From Octopus bimaculoides (lineage: Eukaryota), in contig NC_069005.1 in NCBI RefSeq assembly GCF_001194135.2, positions 34,993,589-35,040,616 of the forward strand: a stretch of 47,028 nucleotides of DNA, given 5' to 3'. Numbering within the stretch: position 1 is the stretch's first letter; each line of letters begins with the position of its first letter. Below are positions 38,318-47,028 of this stretch, piece by piece. The notes beneath the pieces were generated by a model. It did no database searches. It was not told where the DNA came from and was given only the letters and a program-made list of their open reading frames with translations. A program made the translations under genes and the position numbers.

Positions 38318-39224
38318 GTGTGATGGTCACCTGAAACACATCTACAGCACCACAGAACTATTTTTAAAAAAACCTATCTTAACAACGCTACCCCACTCCC
38401 AGGGTCTAGATACATCTCCAAAATTACAGAACGCTACTACAACCCCATCCTAATCACGCTATGCCTTCATTTAATCCAGATACATTTACAGTCGCAGCCC
38501 CAGAAGGTTCCTTCAACACAGTCCTAAATATATCATTTCCTCCATCGCCCAGATAATTCACAAACCACACAGTGACTCATCGGCCGTAAACGCTGTTCTA
38601 GGATGACTAACATGGGACAAATACTAAGAGGAGTGAAGAGAGGCAGTAAACTGTGTGCCCATGCAGTGTTTCTCTCATCTATCTCTGGTGTGGCCACCAC
38701 ACAGAATCTACGACATGGACTGGACAATAGAGAAACCGCAGCGTGTCCAGAACACCACACTGCAACCCCCACACCGTAAGAGGTTTACAACTTCCTGTTA
38801 GAAGTTGTCACAGGATTCACAACAAGATGGTTACATGGCGTTCTGTGTGGCGTTCAGTTGATTCCCTGCTGTAGATAGTGGGCAGTGGAATGGGGTGGGG
38901 TCTGTTGATTCAGGGTAAACCTGGGGTTATACAACAACTGACAGACATTGTATCCGAGGTGGGAAAGTGTAAATGGGTCTGTTGAATGAAGCTTGCCCTA
39001 CATAACACCCATTATACAAACAGATCCGACTTTGCACTGGACACGTTCCAAGGTTCAACTCCACTCCACCTCCACACGCACCATCAACATTATTATCACC
39101 TCTACACAAATAACAACAACAACAACAATCACAGTAATCGCTGCGGTCGTTGTTATGGTGGTAGCGGTCATATCTGAGGTATTGGGGACACCGCCAATAT
39201 CTCCACTAATGCCACTATACACAC

Positions 39225-39257
<33 letters not shown>

Positions 39258-39315
39258 CACATACACAAATAAATGTTACATCAGGCGAAAACTGTCTAAT
39301 GGTACTTCATATTCG

Positions 39316-39378
39316 AGGCTCCGATGAAGCACACAACTATGAGCCCACTGCAACTAATAGCAGAAACAGCTCTAAGCT
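39316..39378 (+). ncRNA. Degenerate type-I hammerhead ribozyme remnant (Penelope-type)
   Basis: GGCU CCGAUGA AGC..GCA GAAAC AGCU CUA AGCU: core order, palindromic AGCU in stem III, stem I GCU/AGC. U4 is replaced by C and the expected GUA is CUA. Confidence 0.4.
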
Positions 39379-39720
39379 AATGAAGTTCATAAGATACTGA
39401 TTTATTCCTTTGTCATATCGTTTTCCTTCTACCGCTCTATACTCAGCCATCACTTCGTTCTGAAACAGACGTATACTGACGTCTACACAAGGTTATTGGT
39501 CTCGCAATGCCTAAGCAATGCATATATACGTACATATACTATATGGAAATAGATAGATAGTTAAATAGATAGACAGACAGACAGATACATAAGGAAATAG
39601 ATAGACAGATATGTGTGTACGTGAATGTATTTGAGACTGAAAAATGTGCGCAATTTAAGGGTTTGTTCGCTTGATATCCTGTATAAATAATGTGTGCGAA
39701 TGTGTGTGTATGCGTATGTA

Positions 39721-39789
<69 letters not shown>

Positions 39790-39831
39790 GTATACATATA
39801 TNNNNNNNNNNTATATATATACATACGTATG

Positions 39832-39878
<47 letters not shown>

Positions 39879-40119
39879 GTGTGTGTGTGTGTATACATAT
39901 ATGTACATATGTGTTTTTTGGTGTTTGATGTTGAAATATATGTTGCGCAGCAATTAGCTGTCACCATCTCTCCACTACTGGCCACCACTTAGTGTCATCT
40001 GTTCTATATCCCCGATATGACGTCACAGTGGCACGATCACCAGTGTCGTTATGGTAACAGCCATATATATGTGCGGGCGCACGTGTATGTGTGTATGTAT
40101 GCGTATACATTTATACATG

Positions 40120-40150
<31 letters not shown>

Positions 40151-40153
40151 GTA

Positions 40154-40190
<37 letters not shown>

Positions 40191-40397
40191 NNNNNNNNNN
40201 NNNNNNNNNNNNNNNNNNNNNNNNNNNNNNNNNNNNNNNNNNNNNNNNNNNNNNNNNNNNNNNNNNNNNNNNNNNNNNNNNNNNNNNNNNNNNNNNNNNN
40301 NNNNNNNNNNNNNNNNNNNNNNNNNNNNNNNNNNNNNNNNNNNNNNNNNNNNNNNNNNNNNNNNNNNNNNNNNNNNNNNNNNNNNNNNNNNNNNNNN

Positions 40398-40439
<42 letters not shown>

Positions 40440-40442
40440 CAG

Positions 40443-40700
40443 CGATTGCTTAAGGCACAAAGACGATGGAAGGATCCATGCTACGGATATTCTTGACAGA
40501 GGATAAGCAAAATGAAATAATTCTTGAATGGTGCGAAGTGAAAGTACAGAAGGGGTTGGGCTGGACTCGTTGCACGGTTGACTGATGCGAGATGGACCCG
40601 TGCAATAGCTGCAGGCCTCCACAACGATGGGAAAATGATTTATAAGTTAAACGTTTTTGGGTGAAGATGGAAATGAATAGCGCAATCAAGAAAGGATTGG
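40443..40700 (+). mobile_element. RTE-type LINE 3' coding fragment, frameshifted
   Basis: Manual translation QRLLKAQR / MEGSMLRIFLTEDKQNEIILEWCEVK / WAGLVARLTDARWTRAI resembles the RTE motif QRAMERSMLGIxLxxxIRNExIR..RWAGHVARxTDxRWT. Confidence 0.65.
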
Positions 40701-40805
40701 AAGCGCATTGTGACTAGCGATGTTTAACGACATCTGATAATCAATTCGGAAGAGTTATGCAGGTTCATACACATATTCATGCAAATGTCTATATATATAG
40801 CCCAT

Positions 40806-40806
<1 letters not shown>

Positions 40807-40889
<83 letters not shown>
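40807..40889. repeat. (CA)n microsatellite (about 41 units)
   Basis: Directly visible. Confidence 0.97.
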
Positions 40890-40892
<3 letters not shown>

Positions 40893-41920
40893 ATTCTTGT
40901 TAAAATTTCAAGATGATTTGTTTGTATTCTGAAGTGTTTCTAAGAAACAAAAAATGTAAAATTGAAACCTTGGACACATTAACAGAAAGCAAATAAGAGA
41001 TGTGTAGGAAAATACTGACTTGGAATCGAACCCTGAATGTCAGGGTAACTATCTCAATTACACTTTCATTAAAATACCCCTGCATTAAGGGCGTTTCCAC
41101 TGTTGTGTCAGAATTCAACCCGGAAACCCTAACACACACACATTTTGATAGATACACAGATTCATTTAACATACGCGCACATACACATGAATAAGCATAA
41201 GTACACACACACACACGCACACACATATCCACACAAGTACCTACACGTATATAAAGGCACTCTCATTCATTTGATAACATGCAGATATATGTAAACGCTC
41301 AAATATACATACACACATGCATGTGGTCTCTGTATGTAGATATGCATAGACATGTGTGCGTGTATAAATACGTGTGTGGGTAACTAGGTGTGTGTCTGTA
41401 TATACATATATGTATGTGTATGTATACGTAAAGAACAAATACGTACACTCACACACACACACACACGCACACACACACGCACACACACGCAATTAATCGC
41501 TCCTACATCAGTTCCATGATGTAACAAGATTTTAAAACTGGCAACAATGGAAGCTTAATGTGTTGGGTGACCTTCCGCCGGATGTGACCTGGTTAGGTTA
41601 CTGGGTGGGGAGGAGAGAAACAGAGACAGACACAGTGAAAGAGAGGGAGAGAGGAAGAGAGAGTGAGAGGAAGAGTGTGGATGTGGAAACAATAAGGTCT
41701 TTAAATGGTAAAACAAGGAAGTAAACGAAAAAGAGGAAGAAGCAGAGAAGAAGAAGAAGTCTATGTGTGGCGGTGGTGGGTGGTGGTGGTGTGTATGGGT
41801 AAAGAAAGACAAGACAGATGATGTGGGCGAGGTAAAAAAAAGTTCAAGAAAAAAATCCTTTCATTTCAGGTATATTTTGCTTGTTGTTGTTTTTCGCGTT
41901 TTTATGCAATTCCACGCCAT

Positions 41921-42010
41921 ATCTTCTCGCATCTTCTCGCATCTTCTCGCATCATTTTGCATCTACTTGTCTCTTCTCGCATCTTCTCGCATCTTCTTGT
42001 ATCGTTCTCC
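41921..42010. repeat. 10-bp tandem repeat (ATCTTCTCGC), nine units in register
   Basis: Four perfect units plus variants ATCATTTTGC, ATCTACTTGT, CTCTTCTCGC, ATCTTCTTGT and ATCGTTCTCC. Confidence 0.9.
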
Positions 42011-42058
42011 ATGTTTTGGTCAAACGTTGGTGTTTAACGAAGACCATTATTGCTGTTC

Positions 42059-42127
42059 GGCAGAGTCGTTATAGCATACCGGACAAAATGCGTAGCGCTA
42101 TTTCTTCCGACTCTTTACGTTCTGAAT
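42059..42127 (+). mobile_element. SINE head truncated just before the B-box
   Basis: GGCAGAGTCGTTATAGCATACCGGACAAAATGCGTAGCGCTATTTCTTCCGACTCTTTACGTTCTGA matches the head of the 28276/46768 family. Confidence 0.7.
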
Positions 42128-43006
42128 CCCTTCGATATCTTCAGTCTTTCCCTCAGAACCAGATTCTGTTCCTCAGCATCAGCCCCGCAGCTGAGCCTGA
42201 GAACCATTGACTCATCCTTATCAAGAATCAACATCTTTAAATGTTCAACGATTTGAGAGACATCGTCCTTCATTTATTGAAGGACCTTATTAAAACCTAA
42301 GTGTTGCTACTTCTGTCTTTAAAACTTAATTGTCACAGATCTCCACCCCCACCTACCCCACACGCGCACTCTCACCGTTTTCTTTTGCCACAGCGCCATT
42401 ACATACAGCCATGTTGTGGCATTATGCACATAGGTTTCCATGGAAACTGGTAGTTGCGATTTCGGTATGTTGGCAATGAGGCATCCGTTTGGCTAAAATT
42501 AAAGAGTTTTAAATGCTTTTAACTTATTTTATCATTAATTTTGGGGGAAAAAAATTTGGTTTTCGTCATCAGCATGTAAAGATACATCGGAAGTGCAATT
42601 GTTTTGGGGAAAAAATCTGATTGGAAGAATTTTTAAAAGACCCAAATATTATATTAAAGATACAAATGTCTTTCAAGTGTTTACAAATCTATCCTACCCC
42701 ACTGTTTCATTCATATTAAAGGTATTTCTAAAGAGTATTTTTAAAGAGACATCAATTCTCACAGAATAATCTCTCTCTTTCTCTCTCGGTCACTGAATCT
42801 GTCCGTCTCTTTCTCTCTCTCTTTATCTATCTGTCTGTCTGTCTGTCTCTTTCTTCTTCCTTTCTTTACTCAGAATATCTTTTTATGTTAATCCAACTTC
42901 CTCTAACCTATTTATTGAATATCTTAATCACCCTTCTGCAACAAACCATCCCAGATACCAAGACATTATACAAAACCTTTATACAACGGTCAATCTCTCT
43001 ATCTCT

Positions 43007-43041
<35 letters not shown>

Positions 43042-43126
43042 CTTATCTCTCTCGCTATCTCTCTCTTCCTTACTTAACATATCAAGAGATTGTGAGACGT
43101 GAGTTACATAGGTATCTGTCTAACGA

Positions 43127-43157
<31 letters not shown>

Positions 43158-43619
43158 AGGTAAGGCAGATAATATCAACAGCTCACACCCACACTTTATG
43201 GCTTTCCTGTTTAAGATGTTACAGTTGTTTCGATTTAGGAAGTCGTTGGCCGTCAGAGATGAACTCACTCCGGCATATGGACTAGCTAACCCTCTCTCTG
43301 CTTCTCTCTCTTTCTCGTTCTCTCATATCAGTTTTTACATATACATACAAACACGCATACAAGGATACGCACACACATGCACATACAAATTTATAAATGT
43401 ATATATATGTAGCCAGGATATGAAAGGTATTGGTATCTAGAAGACTCAAAGAGTGGCAGGTAACGCAAAGTGCTATGGACAGACCGTAGTTAAACTCTTG
43501 GTTCGATAGTGATATGAGTTTAATGTGGGTCTTGTATTAGCATGCATATATACATACATATAGCCCCACAGGTAACGGTGGAGTGGCATGACCAACACGT
43601 TGAGTGGTTTTAGTCAATG

Positions 43620-43850
43620 AAAGAACCCTTACGTGGTCTTTTGAACTGTTAGAAATAACAGCCAAACATCCCTCAAATCACATCGAATCATCTTAAGAAG
43701 AAAGACATAGATATTCTTCATATGGAGAACAAAATAATAATAATAAATATATAAATAAATAGAATAAAGAAACGGGAAGGTCATGATTGAAATATGGTTC
43801 GGTCATAAGTCTGTTTGATTGAACCTGACCTGGGGCTAAACATCTACAAT
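43620..43850 (+). mobile_element. SINE 3' region
   Basis: CTGTTAGAAATAACAGCCAAACATCCCTCAAATCAC ... GGTCATAAGTCTGTTTGATTGAACCTGACCTGGGGCTAAACA; similar pieces at 17050-17255 (minus) and 38900-38940. Confidence 0.55.
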
Positions 43851-44311
43851 CACATTTCTTCTTTTAGATGACATCTTTCTCCAGACTCCATCCCCACCCN
43901 NNNNNNNNNNNNNNNNNNNNNNNNNNNNNNNNNNNNNNNNNNNNNNNNNNNNNNNNNNNNNNNNNNNNNNNNNNNNNNNNNNNNNNNNNNNNNNNNNNNC
44001 CTTGATACTCTCACTCTCTCTATCTCTCCCTCTCTCTCTCCCCCTTACACACAAACACACACACAATCGTCCTTATCCGCACACATACATATCTATGCAA
44101 TAATATACACATATGATTTATATAAGGCCGTTATCCATGTATATACAAATATATACACAAATACACACATGCACACACCCACATGCACACACCCACACAC
44201 ACATGCATGCATATACAAACAAAAGTAGGCACACACAAATATATACATACATGCAAACTACAGAGACACACAGCAACATGTTCAGAAGCTAACAAACAAC
44301 ATACATACGAA

Positions 44312-44358
<47 letters not shown>

Positions 44359-44785
44359 CAGATATTTACACAAACACATAAAAACTACTATATATACAAA
44401 AAGATCATATATACAAAAGATCATATACATACACAAGCACATACATACACAAACACACCACGTATACAAATAGATGTACACACATACATCACGTATACAA
44501 GATACATTTGTGTATATCACACACTCATCCATGCACACATACACACATGGACACACACACGCCATACAACCCACACATACACACACACCCTTAACCCAAC
44601 TTCTCTGCTAATTAATGTCACAGTGACATTACTGCTGTCAGCCATGTTAATAGTGGCGGTTGTCGGATAAAAATATGTAAATTTGTTATGGCGGCACCAA
44701 ATTGGTCAGAAATGTCGAATTTAGCATCGTGTGTGTGTGTGTGTGTGTTTGCATTTATATGCTTACACACACACACATACACAAC

Positions 44786-44828
<43 letters not shown>

Positions 44829-45404
44829 ACAGAGCGAGAGAGAGACATAAACACAATCTTGTGTCTTGTTTGCTACCAAACTTACAAATTAAATCAACCC
44901 CCAGTTTTCTGTCATTAATATCTCGACGGTGGGGACAACTTCTTGCGCATGTGTGTGTGTTATCTATATATCTACATGTGTATATAATATAACAGGCTAA
45001 TGCACCAGCCAAGATAAGCTACTGCACTCGACGTTTGTATTGCGTACTTCTGCAGATCGTTACTCGAATATATGTGTGTGTGTGTGCACGCGTGTATATG
45101 TATGTGCGAGGGTATAAGTGTGTATGTGTTTGATTTGTTCTTCTCAAAAATTGCAGTGGCAGCTACTATGTGTGGGTGGGAGTAGGCGTCTCACTTTTCG
45201 TTAGGTTGGCATGTTTGCGGAAATTTTAGAAACAATGTGACAGCCTGACGAATGAACGTGTTGATTCTGCACAGGGAAACTGTCGGACATTGCTGTGATT
45301 GCTCTAAGATGAGGAGATTCTAGTTTTCTTCAATACCACGACTAATGTACATATATATATATATATATATATACAATTAATATACACATATATGTACAAT
45401 TAGT

Positions 45405-45460
<56 letters not shown>

Positions 45461-46179
45461 ATACGAGTGTGTGTGGGTGGGTGTGTGTGTGTGTGTGTGT
45501 GGTGTATGCATGAGTATGGTGTGTATTCATTGAATGCCGATATGTCGTGTCTTTGTGTCGCGCAGTGATGTGTGTACGTGTTGGGGGGTGAGTGAGTGTC
45601 TGTCTGTGTGTCTTCCTATGCAAGACCAACATCAGCAATATTGGGATTACTATAAGTAAATGCCATCTTTTGTGTTCTCATAGGGTGAGCTTTTATACCT
45701 TATGTATAAGCTGGCGGTGACGGTGGGGNNNNNNNNNNNNNNNNNNNNNNNNNNNNNNNNNNNNNNNNNNNNNNNNNNNNNNNNNNNNNNNNNNNNNNNN
45801 NNNNNNNNNNNNNNNNNNNNNNNNNNNNNNNNNNNNNNNNNNNNNNNNNNNNNNNNNNNNNNNNNNNNNNNNNNNNNNNNNNNNNNNNNNNNNNNNNNNN
45901 NNNNNNNNNNNNNNNNNNNNNNNNNNNNNNNNGTGTGTGTGTGTGTGGAGGCTGGAGCAGTCTCTCTGTGCAAATGAATTTGTGGTCTTACTAAGACCAG
46001 CCATCTGGGTTTAGCTTATTTACAATATCAGTATTGATGTTGCTGTTGTTGTTGTTATAGTGACCCCCCCCCCCAAACCGTCCATTATTATAAACTGTGT
46101 CTAAACTCGGCAAATATTCAGTTTTAGCCATCTTCTATAACAGTTTAATCTCGCTTTGGCATTTGGGTAAATATCAACA

Positions 46180-46222
<43 letters not shown>

Positions 46223-46509
46223 CTCTCTCACTCTCTCTGACACGCAATTACGCACACATATAATCCCTCCTCTCTCTATCACACACATACACATGCATAC
46301 ACACATGCATGCATGCATAGATATGCACACACACATGCGCATACAAAACACTCACAAACATCGATGAATATACGTCCACCACACTCTTACTCTCTGACAC
46401 AAACGTTTACATAAATCCTTCCATACATACACACACTGTCTCCTCTCTTCTGACTGCCTCTCTCTCTCTCTCTCCCCCTCACACACACACACACACACAC
46501 ACAATGTCA

Positions 46510-46561
<52 letters not shown>

Positions 46562-46712
46562 TATTACCGCTAACACACGTACACTATCTCCCTCCTATTG
46601 TAAACGCATTCATTTCCCTCTTTCCCCTCCTCACTTATCTAATTAATTTATCTAATTAACAACTTCATTTCATATAAACTCTATCAATAACTATTCATTA
46701 TCATCATCATCA

Positions 46713-46744
<32 letters not shown>

Positions 46745-46767
46745 GTTGCTGTTGCTGTTGTTGTTGT

Positions 46768-46975
46768 AAGGGTAGCGAGCTGGCAGAATCGCTGGCAAAA
46801 AGCTTTGCGGAATTTCGTCTGCATTTCTAGTTCAAATTCCGCCGAGGTCGACCTAGTCTTTCATCCCTTCGACGTCGGTAAAATAAGTACCAGTTAAGTA
46901 CTGGGGTCGATGTAATCGACTATGCCTTCTAAAATTTCAGGTTTTGTGCTTTTAGTAGAAAGGGTTACTATTATT
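46768..46975 (+). mobile_element. Near full-length tRNA-derived SINE
   Basis: AGCTGGCAGAATCG head, B-box AGTTCAAATTCC, GAGGTCGACC..TTTCATCC..AAGTACCAG..CTGGGGTCGATGTAATCGAC, tail CAGGTTTTGTGCTTTTAGTAGAAAGG matching the 28276 tail. Confidence 0.9.
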
Positions 46976-47028
46976 AGTTGGAGTAGTAGAAGTAGTGGCA
47001 GCATGGTGGTGGTGGTGGTGGTAGTGGT

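Noticed and set aside
41021-41033. Perfect minus-strand B-box GGTTCGATTCC
   Set aside because: No A-box or cloverleaf; not a tRNA gene, at most a SINE scrap.

Overview
Eukaryotic, AT-rich, microsatellite-saturated draft-assembly sequence with 13 N-gaps (about 4.35 kb, 9% of the window). The SINE and LINE families and the density of (TA)n/(CA)n/(GA)n/(TAGA)n/(AAT)n tracts point to a coleoid cephalopod, most likely Octopus; this is recognition from memory, not a database search. I find no confidently identifiable protein-coding gene, rRNA, intact tRNA or CRISPR array. Most listed ORFs of 60 aa or more are artefacts of simple repeats or N runs; the few with recognisable sequence are transposon relics. 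The window looks intronic or intergenic. It holds many tRNA-derived SINE copies or fragments, three fragments of restriction-like-endonuclease (RLE; R2/R4/Dong-type) non-LTR retrotransposons, two RTE-type 3' fragments, a Tc1/mariner relic, a probable Penelope-like RT relic and two degenerate Penelope-type minimal hammerhead ribozymes. The unique DNA holds candidate cis-regulatory modules: a GTCACGTG E-box cluster at 18.8-19.0 kb, an ETS/NRF1/CRE/CCAAT cluster at 9.7-9.9 kb, and three CTCF-like motifs. It also holds a few unverified candidate exons. I cannot support a previously undescribed system from sequence alone; the findings are leads ranked by interest.
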